A stretch of DNA of 64,000 nucleotides from Candidatus Woesebacteria bacterium (GTDB taxonomy: Bacteria > Patescibacteriota > Microgenomatia > UBA8517): the NCBI GenBank assembly GCA_016432365.1, contig CP066686.1:273771-337770 (forward strand). Reading direction: 5' to 3'. How positions within the stretch are numbered: position 1 is the first letter of the stretch; every line of letters starts with the position of its first letter. The translations under genes and the position numbers were made by a program. The notes beneath the pieces are model-generated. The model saw only the letters and a list, made by a program, of their open reading frames with translations. It was not told where the DNA came from and did not search any database. This document shows positions 1 to 10,123 of this stretch, one piece after another.

Positions 1-180
1 TACTGGGTACACAACCTCAATGATGCGCTGGTTGCTTCCGGGTACGGCCATAGCAATGCAGGTTACGCTGCTCTGCGGAACCTTAAACTTTCTGGCGAAA
101 GTCGAAGCTATGAGCTCAGAATGAGCATTGATAGCTTTGGCAATGGCCTCAGATACAAAAAATTTAACTAAGTGTTGCAT
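1..180 (-). CDS. partial hypothetical CDS (N-terminal part; start ATG at 178-180, runs off window)
   Basis: Minus-strand ATG at 180 opens a frame reading MQHLVKFFVSEAIAKAINAHSELIAST... that is uninterrupted to the window edge. Sits just downstream of the 207-626 minus gene in an operon-like arrangement. Confidence 0.3.
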   Translation of the reverse strand, partial: MQHLVKFFVSEAIAKAINAHSELIASTFARKFKVPQSSVTCIAMAVPGSNQRIIEVVYPV

Positions 181-206
181 TGTAACTCCTTTTAGTTTCT
201 GTTTGG

Positions 207-626
207 TTAGCGCCAGTTCTGTTCTTCCAGAAACATCTTCGCGGCAAAAGCAGCGGTAGCGAAAGAACCTTTCGGCATGAGTGGCCAGATTTCGACCTTG
301 TCAAAAGGAAATCTGGATGTAAGCTCTCTGCCAAATACTTCATCGGACAAAATGATCCCCCACGCCCTTCCAAGGCGGTTTCGCCAACCTTCAAGCTCTC
401 TTTCTCTTTGCTCGTTCCAGCTAGCGAGGCCGATGATTTGAAGGGGAGGTATATTGTCTCCACCTTGGTGGGTCAGAATGTACACAGACACTTTTTCAGG
501 ATCTTTTTTAAGGTCCTCGAAAGAGTTTGCTGTGGCCTGGCGGAGAGCTGGGCCAATGATCGTTTTAATGTGCTTTTTCAAAACTTCTGCATCCTCTTGG
601 GACGCAATCAAAAATAGGTCGGGCAT
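207..626 (-). CDS. hypothetical protein (139 aa)
   Basis: Complete ORF with native codon composition. No recognisable motif. Confidence 0.5.
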   Translation of the reverse strand: MPDLFLIASQEDAEVLKKHIKTIIGPALRQATANSFEDLKKDPEKVSVYILTHQGGDNIPPLQIIGLASWNEQRERELEGWRNRLGRAWGIILSDEVFGRELTSRFPFDKVEIWPLMPKGSFATAAFAAKMFLEEQNWR

Positions 627-724
627 AACTAACTCCTTTCTGGGATTTACTGCCTATTTATAGCCAGGAGTATATCCTATAGATTCAGAGAATGCAACCC
701 AACTTCAACTGATATAATTAATGA

Positions 725-1204
725 ATGAAGATTTTGATTATTTCTGATTCTCACGGCCATATTGCCAATCTTAAGGCCGTGATGGAAATCGGCAAAAAAG
801 CCAAGATTGGTGTCGTCATCCATTGCGGTGATTGGGACAACATTGAATCAATTAAAGCCGTTCTTGATTTCGGGATTCCTCTCTTTGCAGTAATGGGGAA
901 CGCCGATGTTGAAGAAGGAATTGAAGAATATCTGAAATTTAATGCCCAAAAGTTTGACCAACACCTTCTTAAACTGGATGTCGACGGGTTAAAAATTGGA
1001 ATAATCCACAGAGCCAGCCTGAAAGACGAAAAGTTATATGAATTTAAGACAGTTTTTTCGGGACACTACCATTCAAAAGAAGAAAAAACCATAAATTGGA
1101 CAAAGTTTGTTCGCCCCGGAGCATTAATAAACGGTATAAATTTTGCTCTCTATGAGACAATCAATAACACGGTAGAATTTTTTGAAGAAGACGAAAATGG
1201 ATAA
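725..1204 (+). CDS. metallophosphoesterase, YfcE/MJ0936-like phosphodiesterase
   Basis: N-terminal ILIISDSHGH and GDWD metal-binding motifs typical of the calcineurin-like phosphoesterase family. A -10 box TATAAT lies 6 nt before the ATG. Confidence 0.8.
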   Translation: MKILIISDSHGHIANLKAVMEIGKKAKIGVVIHCGDWDNIESIKAVLDFGIPLFAVMGNADVEEGIEEYLKFNAQKFDQHLLKLDVDGLKIGIIHRASLKDEKLYEFKTVFSGHYHSKEEKTINWTKFVRPGALINGINFALYETINNTVEFFEEDENG

Positions 1205-1775
1205 ATATACGCAATTACATAAATTGAAAGACGACATGGAAAAAGATGACTTGCTTCCTCTCAAGAAAGGCGCGAGTAAGTTGGTTTTTGGATCGGGAAA
1301 CACTAAAGCCTCAATCCTTTGTATCGGAGAGGGCCCCGGGAGAACGGAGGATGCTACCGGGCTTCCATTTGTAGGACAGGCTGGTAAACTTTTGGATAAA
1401 CTGTTGCTCCTGGCCGGACTCGAAAGAAAAAAGGTGTTTATAACGAATATTGTCCATCATAGACCCCCTGAAAACCGCGACCCACTCCCCGGGGAAATAT
1501 CGGCCTATGGAAAGTATCTGGACAAAATAATTGAAATTATCAATCCAAGGGTGGTAATTACATTGGGTAGATATTCAATGGCTAAATTTTTGCCAGATGT
1601 TTTCATTAGTGGAGTTCACGGAAAAAAATTTGATATCAAGTGGAAGGGTAAAAATATCATAGTTATCCCTATGTACCACCCGGCTGCATCTTTAAGGAAC
1701 GGGAAAGTGCTGGAGGCAGAAAAAGCCGATTTCGTGCAATTGGGAGAAATATTGAGTAAAATGAAAACTGCATAA
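1197..1775 (+). CDS. uracil-DNA glycosylase, family 4
   Basis: GEGPG...ED..G.PFVG.AG.LL motif characteristic of family-4 UDG. Start taken at the second Met to limit overlap with the upstream gene. Confidence 0.8.
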   Translation: MDKYTQLHKLKDDMEKDDLLPLKKGASKLVFGSGNTKASILCIGEGPGRTEDATGLPFVGQAGKLLDKLLLLAGLERKKVFITNIVHHRPPENRDPLPGEISAYGKYLDKIIEIINPRVVITLGRYSMAKFLPDVFISGVHGKKFDIKWKGKNIIVIPMYHPAASLRNGKVLEAEKADFVQLGEILSKMKTA

Positions 1776-3427
1776 TGAATAGTTTGAAATTTATTGCCCT
1801 TTCGGGTACCACAGGGGTCACAGAAAATCTTTACGTCTACGAATATGGAAACGACATGATTGTCGTTGATTGTGGCGTCGGATTTCCCGATTCCGAAATG
1901 TTTGGTGTGGATCTTGTGATTCCCGATTTTACTTATGTAGTTCAGAATAAGCATAAGCTTCGCGGGGTTCTAATCTCCCACGGACACGAGGATCATTTGG
2001 GTGCCATCCCCTTTTTGCTTAAAGAAGTTGACACGCCTGTCTACGCGACAAAATTGGTTGCAGGTTTTATTCAAGAAAAGTTGATAGATTCCGGAATGGA
2101 TACTAAAAATGTTAAAGTTTTCGATCCGGACCATGATGTTTTAACCCTTGGAGTATTTAAAGTGACTCCTTTTCGCGTTGCCCATTCTGTTCCTGACGGA
2201 GTTGGTTTTTGTATAGATTCACCGGAAGGGAAGCTTTTCCATGTTCCCGATTACAAATTTGATTGGACTCCGGTAGACGGACGCCCTTTTGATGCAGCCA
2301 AAGTGGCGACGCTCGCCTCTGGTGGCGCGCTCGCCCTTGCATCGGACTCACTTGGTGCCACATCTCCGGGATATACCGAAAGCGAAAAGGCGATTGAAGG
2401 AAGAATTGAGGCGGCAGGGAGAGAAGCGACGGGAAAAATTTATTTAACGACAATATCGTCAAATATCTCGAGAATGCAGCAAACCATTAATGCCGCAGCA
2501 AAACTTGGAAGGAAAGTGGTGCTGATTGGACGATCAATTGAAAGAAAGGCAGAGATTGCGAGGCAATTGGGCTATATATTTTATCCGCAAGGGGTTGTAA
2601 TTCGTTCAAAACAAGCTGCAAAACTTCCTCCAAATAAAGTTCTATATATTATATCCGGCTGTTATGGGCAGCCCGGAAGCGCACTTTACCGTTTAGCAAC
2701 CGGCGAGCATGATTTTTTGACGATAAATAAAGGTGATATGGTAATTTTTTCGGCTGACCCCGGGCCTCCGGGAAGCGCAGGTGGAATAAATTTCTTAGTC
2801 GATAAATTTATCGAAGGCGAGATCGACGTTCACTATTATGATATGCAGGAGGATCTCCATGTCTCAGGGCATGGAAGCATTAAAGATATCGAGATGCTTT
2901 TTGCTCTCGTCAAACCCAAGTATTATATTCCCATCGGAGGAACTATTCGCCACATGAGGGCATATGGACTAATTGCTCAAAGTATGGGTGCAAAAGAAAA
3001 AGAAGTTCTGGAACTTACTCCCGGACAGATTGTGGAATATTCAGGTCAGAACGCAAGAATTGCGGGCAGAGTTCCTGTTAAAGAAGTTTTAATCGACGGA
3101 CTTGGGGTTGGAGATGTTGGAAATACAGTGCTTCGGGACCGACATATTCTTTCCAAAGAAGGGATTGTCATAACGATAATTCATTTTGATAGAAATAATG
3201 GGAGGCTTCTTTCTCCGCCGGAGATATTAAGCCGCGGGTTTGTTTTTGAACAAAAATACGGTAGGGTTTTGGATGAAGCCTCGCGTGATCTATCCCGTGA
3301 GCTTCAAAAGAAGAAATCGGTTAATTCAACATTTGCCAGAAATACCACAATAGACTTTTTGGAAAAATACTTCGCTCAAAAAACCGGCAGACGCCCCATG
3401 GTATTACCTGTCATAGTTGAAGTTTAA
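1775..3427 (+). CDS. rnj: ribonuclease J (metallo-beta-lactamase/beta-CASP)
   Basis: HGHEDH zinc motif, MBL fold followed by a beta-CASP region, about 550 aa. Confidence 0.9.
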   Translation: MNSLKFIALSGTTGVTENLYVYEYGNDMIVVDCGVGFPDSEMFGVDLVIPDFTYVVQNKHKLRGVLISHGHEDHLGAIPFLLKEVDTPVYATKLVAGFIQEKLIDSGMDTKNVKVFDPDHDVLTLGVFKVTPFRVAHSVPDGVGFCIDSPEGKLFHVPDYKFDWTPVDGRPFDAAKVATLASGGALALASDSLGATSPGYTESEKAIEGRIEAAGREATGKIYLTTISSNISRMQQTINAAAKLGRKVVLIGRSIERKAEIARQLGYIFYPQGVVIRSKQAAKLPPNKVLYIISGCYGQPGSALYRLATGEHDFLTINKGDMVIFSADPGPPGSAGGINFLVDKFIEGEIDVHYYDMQEDLHVSGHGSIKDIEMLFALVKPKYYIPIGGTIRHMRAYGLIAQSMGAKEKEVLELTPGQIVEYSGQNARIAGRVPVKEVLIDGLGVGDVGNTVLRDRHILSKEGIVITIIHFDRNNGRLLSPPEILSRGFVFEQKYGRVLDEASRDLSRELQKKKSVNSTFARNTTIDFLEKYFAQKTGRRPMVLPVIVEV

Positions 3428-4884
3428 TCACAGGCTTTAAGTGCGCTAATTGAGATATAGCTAATATTTTCCGGTTTATAGTATCGTTTTTCTTCCACAA
3501 AGAACTTATCCAGCCCCGCCAAGTTTCCATCTCGGGCAACAAAATAGACAGGAATAGGGCTTGTTAGACAACTCAGGTTTAATACAGATCGGTCGAGATT
3601 TCTCGAGTCGATGTAAGTGGGCTTTACCCAGGCCGAATTATTAAAATATGCAAATACCGCGCTTTCGGGGTTACCTGCATCAATCCGGACCCCGGCAATT
3701 ATTTTTTTATCTTTCCCTTTTTGATTCAAATAATCAACCACCTCCGGAATGCCGTAGCCCGATGTCCACCCGGTTAGATATTCGGATTTTTGTGAAAATA
3801 CTGTCATCTTGTCCATGACATTGAAATATGTAATAGGGGAAATAACTAGGAGGTAGGTAATCATGATCGTGGGTATTGTCGAAACACTTCCAATCAAAAT
3901 CGCATGTGCTTTCCTAAAGTTAAAAAGGGTGTATGCGCAAAAGACGGAGATAAGTGGAAAAAAGGCGGATAAATATCTAGGGTTAAGCGACTTGCCCGAA
4001 AATAAGACAAGGATAAAACCTGTCAAAAAAAAGGTTGGGAGAATTCTATCCTTTCTCTTTAATAAAAAATATATTCCACAAATTGACAATATAAAAACAA
4101 AAGGGGTTAAATAAAAAAAAGATATATTGACGGCAGTTGAAAAATTTCTTATCCACAAAGAAAACGGAAAACTTAACAGTTCTGGAATAGATAGCATAAA
4201 CCGGTTATTGGTGTTCAATGAGGTCCAGAATATTTTTTGAAAAAAAAGTGGGGAGACGATAATCAGACTGGAAATAGCAGACAAGGCGAATTCTTTAAAA
4301 TGTTTTTTGTAAATCAAAATTAAACTCACCGAAATTAAAAAAACAAATGCTGAAAGTTTTATAAAGATACCTATACCCAAGATGAGTCCAAGACAAACCG
4401 CGTATTTAGTTTTTTTGGTTTCAAGTATTCTTAGTAGAAAATAAAAACTCCAGATGCCACACCCGGCGATTGCCGATTCCATTAATGCTTGGCGATCAAA
4501 AAAGGCGAAAAGAGGAACAATAATGTAAACAATCGAAGATAAACGCGCAAGCCTTTCATCTCCTAAGTTTTTCGCGATTTTATAAATTCCGGCCAATGTT
4601 AAAAATCCAAACATAACGGATACAATCCTGCCCGCCAAAAGAGGCGAATTAAAAATGTTTTCAAATACTCCAAAAATCCAAATAAGGAGTGGAGGCTTGG
4701 CATCATATAGCGAATAAAATAATCCAGCACTGGTATAGAGAGATTTCCATCCCCAATCCAAATAAATTGCTTCGTCGTTAAAAATTGGGAGTTTGGTTAA
4801 GTTAACTATTCTCGACAAAAAATATATTACGGAAAGCGTAGCTAAGGAATGATTGTGAATAAACTGTGTGATTGTTTTTTTCAT
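3424..4884 (-). CDS. GT-C glycosyltransferase family 39 (ArnT/PMT-like) membrane protein
   Basis: Polytopic membrane protein with an N-terminal DEaiY-type loop (FNDEAIYLDWGW) typical of ArnT/PMT-family glycosyltransferases. Confidence 0.7.
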   Translation of the reverse strand: MKKTITQFIHNHSLATLSVIYFLSRIVNLTKLPIFNDEAIYLDWGWKSLYTSAGLFYSLYDAKPPLLIWIFGVFENIFNSPLLAGRIVSVMFGFLTLAGIYKIAKNLGDERLARLSSIVYIIVPLFAFFDRQALMESAIAGCGIWSFYFLLRILETKKTKYAVCLGLILGIGIFIKLSAFVFLISVSLILIYKKHFKEFALSAISSLIIVSPLFFQKIFWTSLNTNNRFMLSIPELLSFPFSLWIRNFSTAVNISFFYLTPFVFILSICGIYFLLKRKDRILPTFFLTGFILVLFSGKSLNPRYLSAFFPLISVFCAYTLFNFRKAHAILIGSVSTIPTIMITYLLVISPITYFNVMDKMTVFSQKSEYLTGWTSGYGIPEVVDYLNQKGKDKKIIAGVRIDAGNPESAVFAYFNNSAWVKPTYIDSRNLDRSVLNLSCLTSPIPVYFVARDGNLAGLDKFFVEEKRYYKPENISYISISALKACD

Positions 4885-4956
4885 TGAGTAATTTTAACAG
4901 GTTTTAAAAAGCACCTATCTCCTGTTGAGGTTTAGCTTCCGTTCGTTATACAATGA

Positions 4957-7083
4957 TTGGCGATGATAAAAAAGCACAAAAGAAGAATAGATAAACGCGG
5001 TTTCAAATTAAAGATTAAGAGGGACACCTCTTTTTCTATCGCCAAAATTTTCTTTTTTGCACTGGCCGCATTAGTTCTTCTTTCTTTTTCTCGGCAGGGG
5101 GCGATACTACTCAAGTTTAACGATCTTCTTGTAGCTTATTTTTCCTGGTCATCATTTTTTTTACCATTTCTCTTTTTGGCTTTTGCATTTTTGATGTCTA
5201 GGGCCAAGTTTCCTATGGCTCAACCGAATGTTATTGTTGGTGGAATCCTTTTCTTTATTTCCATTGTGACTTTGACCAGAGCTGGGATTTTGGGAAATTC
5301 TGCATGGGATGGAATGAGCGCCTTAATTACAGGAATAGGTGCGGCGATTGTATTAATTGGGACCAGTTTTGTCGGTTTGATAGTCCTTTTTAATACTTCA
5401 ATTGACCAGGTTTTTAAATACGTCGCCGGACTACTTGTGCAGGTCGGGGGTTTTATCAAAAGCCCGGCTCCTATTAAAATTGGTGGCATACAGATGAGTA
5501 AAGGGCCAATGAAAGTTTCCGGTGGGGGTAACTTCAAACAACAGGTAAATATAAATCAAGCAAAACTCCCGATATCGGTAGCTGATAATAAACCCAAAGA
5601 GCCATTGGAGCAGAAACTTGTAAGCAATATTCCCGGCGAAGAAAAAATATGGAAATATCCAAGCTTTGATCTATTGAGTGATGCTGGGATAGGAAAGGCA
5701 GACAGAGGAGATATAAAAGGCAACGCGGCAGTCATCGAAAAAACACTTGAATCTTTTGGGATTACCGCAAGGGTGGTTGAGGTGAATCTTGGTCCGGCGG
5801 TGACTCAGTATGCAATTGAGGTTGCACTCGGTACAAAACTCTCCAAGATTACATCTTTGGAAAGGGATTTGGCTTTGGCTTTGGCAGCCCCAACCGGTAC
5901 AATTAGAATTGAAGCCCCGATCCCAGGAAGATCTTTGGTTGGTATCGAACTGCCAAATAGAGCAGCCGAATTCGTAACACTTAAGAGAATGATGGAGTCG
6001 GACGAGATGCTGGCGGCAAGATCAAAATTGGCGGTATCTTTAGGGTTTGATGTTTCAGGTAAACCCGTTGTCGCCGATATCGCCAGAATGCCCCATGTAC
6101 TTATCGCAGGACAAACCGGAAGCGGTAAATCGGTTTGTATTAACGCCTTTCTTGCATCTATCCTTTTTAGGGCAGCTCCAACCGAAGTAAAACTAATTTT
6201 AGTCGATCCCAAACGAGTTGAGCTAACGGGTTATAACGGTATTCCGCATCTACTTTCTCCCGTTATTGTAGAACCGGAAAAGGTAATATCTGCTCTCAGG
6301 TGGGTTATGGCCGAAATGGATAGAAGATATAAACTTTTTGCAGAAGCCGGGGCTAGGAATATTGACGGTTACAACGAAATGAGCGGGTTTCAAGCCCTGC
6401 CCTTTATTGTTCTTTTTATCGATGAACTTGCTGATATTATGCTTTTCTCTCCTGTTGAAGTCGAAGATGCAATTACTAGGATTGCGCAAATGTCACGAGC
6501 TACAGGAATTCATATGGTTTTGGCCACTCAAAGGCCATCGGTAGATGTCATTACGGGTTTAATTAAAGCTAACGTTCCTTCCCGTATCGCTTTTGCCGTC
6601 GCCTCTCAGGTCGATTCTCGCGTTATTCTTGACACACAAGGAGCAGAGAAACTGCTGGGTAAAGGAGATATGTTATATCTTCCACCCGAACAGGCAAAAC
6701 CACTTAGAATTCAAGGCGCGTTTGTCAACGATAAAGAAATTGAGGCGTTGGTGGCTTTCGTTAAAAACCAGGGAATTCCAACTCAATATACTGACGAAGT
6801 GACAACTATGAGCAAGGCCGGATCAGTTTCGGTTCCGGGGGTCGAAGGTGATACAGACAATTTGTTTAAGGAAGCGGTTAAGGTTGTTTGTCAGTACGAT
6901 AGAGCTTCGGCATCACTTTTGCAAAGAAGGCTGTCAATTGGTTATGCGAGAGCTGCCAGAATTGTAGATCAACTTGAGGCGGCGGGGGTTATCTCTACTT
7001 CAGATGGAAGTAGCAAGCCCAGGGAAGTGCTGGTCCAAAATGCAGATGAGTTTCTTGCCTCGTTTGGGGGTGGCGGTCAATGA
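4957..7083 (+). CDS. ftsK: DNA translocase FtsK/SpoIIIE
   Basis: N-terminal TM segments, Walker A GQTGSGKS, ATQRPS motif and a C-terminal gamma-like domain. Confidence 0.9.
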   Translation: MAMIKKHKRRIDKRGFKLKIKRDTSFSIAKIFFFALAALVLLSFSRQGAILLKFNDLLVAYFSWSSFFLPFLFLAFAFLMSRAKFPMAQPNVIVGGILFFISIVTLTRAGILGNSAWDGMSALITGIGAAIVLIGTSFVGLIVLFNTSIDQVFKYVAGLLVQVGGFIKSPAPIKIGGIQMSKGPMKVSGGGNFKQQVNINQAKLPISVADNKPKEPLEQKLVSNIPGEEKIWKYPSFDLLSDAGIGKADRGDIKGNAAVIEKTLESFGITARVVEVNLGPAVTQYAIEVALGTKLSKITSLERDLALALAAPTGTIRIEAPIPGRSLVGIELPNRAAEFVTLKRMMESDEMLAARSKLAVSLGFDVSGKPVVADIARMPHVLIAGQTGSGKSVCINAFLASILFRAAPTEVKLILVDPKRVELTGYNGIPHLLSPVIVEPEKVISALRWVMAEMDRRYKLFAEAGARNIDGYNEMSGFQALPFIVLFIDELADIMLFSPVEVEDAITRIAQMSRATGIHMVLATQRPSVDVITGLIKANVPSRIAFAVASQVDSRVILDTQGAEKLLGKGDMLYLPPEQAKPLRIQGAFVNDKEIEALVAFVKNQGIPTQYTDEVTTMSKAGSVSVPGVEGDTDNLFKEAVKVVCQYDRASASLLQRRLSIGYARAARIVDQLEAAGVISTSDGSSKPREVLVQNADEFLASFGGGGQ

Positions 7084-7706
7084 ATACGATTGGTCAAATC
7101 ATAAAAAATGCCCGTGTCGTAAAAGAATATTCTTTGAGCCGCCTCGAGGAAATTACAAAAATTAAAAAAGGCTTCATTTCTTCAATTGAAGAGGAAAATT
7201 GGGAGGAACTTCCCCCTTTCCCGACAGTGTTGGGATTCGTGAAGAGTATTGCCGGAGCACTTGAAGTGGACGAAAGAACTGCGGTGGCAACTTTAAAGAG
7301 GGACTATCCGCCAAAAAAATTGAGGATCAATCCTAAACCGGATGTTTCTCGGAAGTTTGTCTGGAGTCCAAAGTTGACTTTTATTATAGGTGTTGGACTT
7401 GTCTTTACAGTAATATTTGGATATTTGGCATTTCAATATACCAGATTTATTTCACCTCCGGCACTAAGTGTAGATAGTCCTGTTGAAGATCAAATTGTGT
7501 CAGGAAATAACGTGTTAGTTTTTGGTAATACGGATGTAGATGTAAAAATAACTGTCAATAATCAGCCGGTATTGGTTGACAATGATGGAAAATTCTCTGT
7601 AAGTATGGAAGTTGTGCCCGATACAAAAGAGATTGTAATTCAAGCAGTTTCAAGATCTGGTAAAATGAATGAAGTAAGGCGAAAGATACTAGTTACTAGT
7701 AACTAG
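7080..7706 (+). CDS. RodZ-like HTH membrane protein
   Basis: N-terminal HTH (XRE-like) segment, single TM and a C-terminal beta-rich domain. Overlaps the ftsK stop codon. Confidence 0.6.
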   Translation: MNTIGQIIKNARVVKEYSLSRLEEITKIKKGFISSIEEENWEELPPFPTVLGFVKSIAGALEVDERTAVATLKRDYPPKKLRINPKPDVSRKFVWSPKLTFIIGVGLVFTVIFGYLAFQYTRFISPPALSVDSPVEDQIVSGNNVLVFGNTDVDVKITVNNQPVLVDNDGKFSVSMEVVPDTKEIVIQAVSRSGKMNEVRRKILVTSN

Positions 7707-7724
7707 ATACTAATTTCTAAATAC

Positions 7725-7958
7725 GTGGATAACATTCAGACACTTTTAATAGTTGTAGTAGTAAGTTTGACCTTGCTTCTGGTCATTGTCGGAGTGCAGG
7801 TTATGTTAATTATTATCGATCTTCGGCGTGCCATTAAAAGATTAAATTCTATTTTGGAAGACGCGATTTTGGGCGGAGGACTAATTCGTCCGGAGCGACT
7901 TAGTTCTGTCTTGGAGCTTCTGCATAAAAACAAAAAACTGGAAACCCATGGAGGTTAG
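7725..7958 (+). CDS. small hypothetical membrane protein (GTG start)
   Basis: 77-aa ORF with one strong TM helix. No RBS. Weak support. Confidence 0.3.
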   Translation: MDNIQTLLIVVVVSLTLLLVIVGVQVMLIIIDLRRAIKRLNSILEDAILGGGLIRPERLSSVLELLHKNKKLETHGG

Positions 7959-8158
7959 TGCCACTCAAGTTTTTGAGCAAGCTTTCTTAAGTCCAATTTT
8001 GGAAGTTTGTCTGTTTCGACCAAGTATTCCTCAAGACCAATTTTTTCTGTAAGGTAGTCGGCAGTTAGCTCTTTTAGTCTCTTTTCTCCAGAATTTACTT
8101 CTTCAGCTGTAAACTGATGTTTTAATAAACCAATTCTTTCTAAAAATCTTTCTTGCAT
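7955..8158 (-). CDS. small hypothetical protein (67 aa)
   Basis: ORF only. Convergent with the preceding small ORF. No other signals. Confidence 0.2.
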   Translation of the reverse strand: MQERFLERIGLLKHQFTAEEVNSGEKRLKELTADYLTEKIGLEEYLVETDKLPKLDLRKLAQKLEWH

Positions 8159-8216
8159 CGTAGGTTGATTCTAACACAAGCTGGATTACAGTCAAATTTG
8201 AGGTTATACTTTAGCC

Positions 8217-10022
8217 ATGACGACAAAAGAGATCCGCGAAAAATATATAGCTTTTTTTAAAGCCAGGGGACACAAAGAAATTGCTCCGTCTCCACTCGTT
8301 CTGGAAAACGATCCGACTACCCTGTTTACCTCTTCCGGAATGCAACAAATGATACCTTTTCTTAAAGGTGAAAAACATCCATTAGGAACTCGGCTGGTTG
8401 ATTCTCAACCATCACTCCGGCTTCAAGATATTGAAGAGGTTGGAGACAATCGACATACGACATTTTTTGAAATGCTTGGCAACTGGTCACTCGGGGATTA
8501 TTTTAAAAAAGACCAATTGCTTTGGGTTTGGGAATTCATGACCAAGGAAATTGGGCTTGACCCAAAAAGGCTTTACGTAAGTTGTTTTGTTGGTAACGAC
8601 GAGGTTGGAAAGGATACGGAGTCGTATGATATTTGGAAAAAAATTGGAGTAGATGACGGGCATATTCATTTTTACGATGCCAAGAAGAATTGGTGGAGTC
8701 GTGCAGGTGAGCCCTCCAAAATGCCTGCAGGTGAAATTGGAGGTCCAGACTCTGAAATATTTTTTGAATTTGAAAATGTATCCCACTACCCCGCATTTGG
8801 GAAGTTTTGTCATCCGAATTGTGATTGTGGAAAATTTTTAGAAATCGGGAACTCCGTTTTCATGCAATTTATGAAAAATGAAGACGGTACGCTTTCAGAA
8901 TTGCCTCAAAAAAATGTCGATTTCGGTGGAGGACTAGAGCGAATCGCTGCCGCATTAAATAATGACCCAGATGTGTTTAAAATCGATATTTTTAAGTCCA
9001 TAATCAACAAAGTCGAAAAGGAAGTCGGTTTTAATTATGGAACAGATACAAAAAAGACGAAAAGTTTCAGAATAGTTGCAGACCATCTTAGGGCTTCGTG
9101 TAATTTACTTGCCGAAGGCGTTCTCCCATCAAATAAACTTCAAGGATACGTTCTTCGCCGTCTAATCAGGAGAGCGATGTTCCATTTTCATTTACTCGGT
9201 GCAGGAATTTCCGGCAGTGGAGTGTCACATGTTGCGGAAAGTTTAAGGCGGGAGTACACGAGCATAGATAAAAACTGGGATTTCGTAGAGGAGAACCTAA
9301 ATGTTGAAGCAACAAGATTTGAGTCGGCCCTAAAACGTGGTCTGGCCAAGCTAACACGTGCAGTATCCGATGGAGTCAAAATCGACGGTAAGGTTGCTTT
9401 TGATCTTTATCAAAACGACGGCTTCCCCTTGGAACTTACAATGGAAATTTTGAGCCAGAATGGTATGAATTTTTCTGCCGAAGAGAAAAATTTATTTGAG
9501 AGTGAATTTGAAAAGCACAAAGAAAATTCAAGAAGTATGTCAGCAGGAATTTTCAAAGGAGGACTGGAAAACAAATCAGACGAAACAATAACTAAACTTC
9601 ATACGGCTACTCATCTGCTTCACGCCGCGCTACGGGAGATCTTGGGTGAACATGTCGGTCAAAAAGGAAGCCATATAACGAATGAGAGATTGCGCTTCGA
9701 TTTTTCTTATCCGCAAAAATTAACAGACGACGAAATTAAAAAAGTTGAAAACTTGATCAATGAAAAAATAAAAGAAGATTTGCCGGTAACTTTTTCTGAA
9801 ATGAGTTTAGATGAAGCAATTAAAACCGGAGCCCTCCATTTCTTTGCAGAAAAATATGGAAAAAAAGTAAAAGTGTACACAATGGGGTCTTTTAGTCGCG
9901 AGATATGTGGTGGCCCTCATGTAACACACACAAAAGATGTTGGTGGTGTTAATATTATTAAGCAAGAGAAAATAGGAGCGGGAATTGTTAGACTTTATGC
10001 ATCATTAGAAGGCAAAAGTTAA
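8217..10022 (+). CDS. alaS: alanyl-tRNA synthetase, short form lacking the C-Ala domain
   Basis: Class II AlaRS catalytic core at the N-terminus (FTSSGM..., NWS(L)GDYFK). Editing-domain HxxxH...CGG(P)H zinc motif near the C-terminus. Only 601 aa. Confidence 0.85.
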   Translation: MTTKEIREKYIAFFKARGHKEIAPSPLVLENDPTTLFTSSGMQQMIPFLKGEKHPLGTRLVDSQPSLRLQDIEEVGDNRHTTFFEMLGNWSLGDYFKKDQLLWVWEFMTKEIGLDPKRLYVSCFVGNDEVGKDTESYDIWKKIGVDDGHIHFYDAKKNWWSRAGEPSKMPAGEIGGPDSEIFFEFENVSHYPAFGKFCHPNCDCGKFLEIGNSVFMQFMKNEDGTLSELPQKNVDFGGGLERIAAALNNDPDVFKIDIFKSIINKVEKEVGFNYGTDTKKTKSFRIVADHLRASCNLLAEGVLPSNKLQGYVLRRLIRRAMFHFHLLGAGISGSGVSHVAESLRREYTSIDKNWDFVEENLNVEATRFESALKRGLAKLTRAVSDGVKIDGKVAFDLYQNDGFPLELTMEILSQNGMNFSAEEKNLFESEFEKHKENSRSMSAGIFKGGLENKSDETITKLHTATHLLHAALREILGEHVGQKGSHITNERLRFDFSYPQKLTDDEIKKVENLINEKIKEDLPVTFSEMSLDEAIKTGALHFFAEKYGKKVKVYTMGSFSREICGGPHVTHTKDVGGVNIIKQEKIGAGIVRLYASLEGKS

Positions 10023-10123
10023 AATTTAGAAGTTAAAAATACAAGTTAAAAATCAAAAGTCGCTATTTTTATTTTTGAATTGCAATTTTGACTTTTGCAT
10101 TTTGAGTTTTAAATTATCACTTT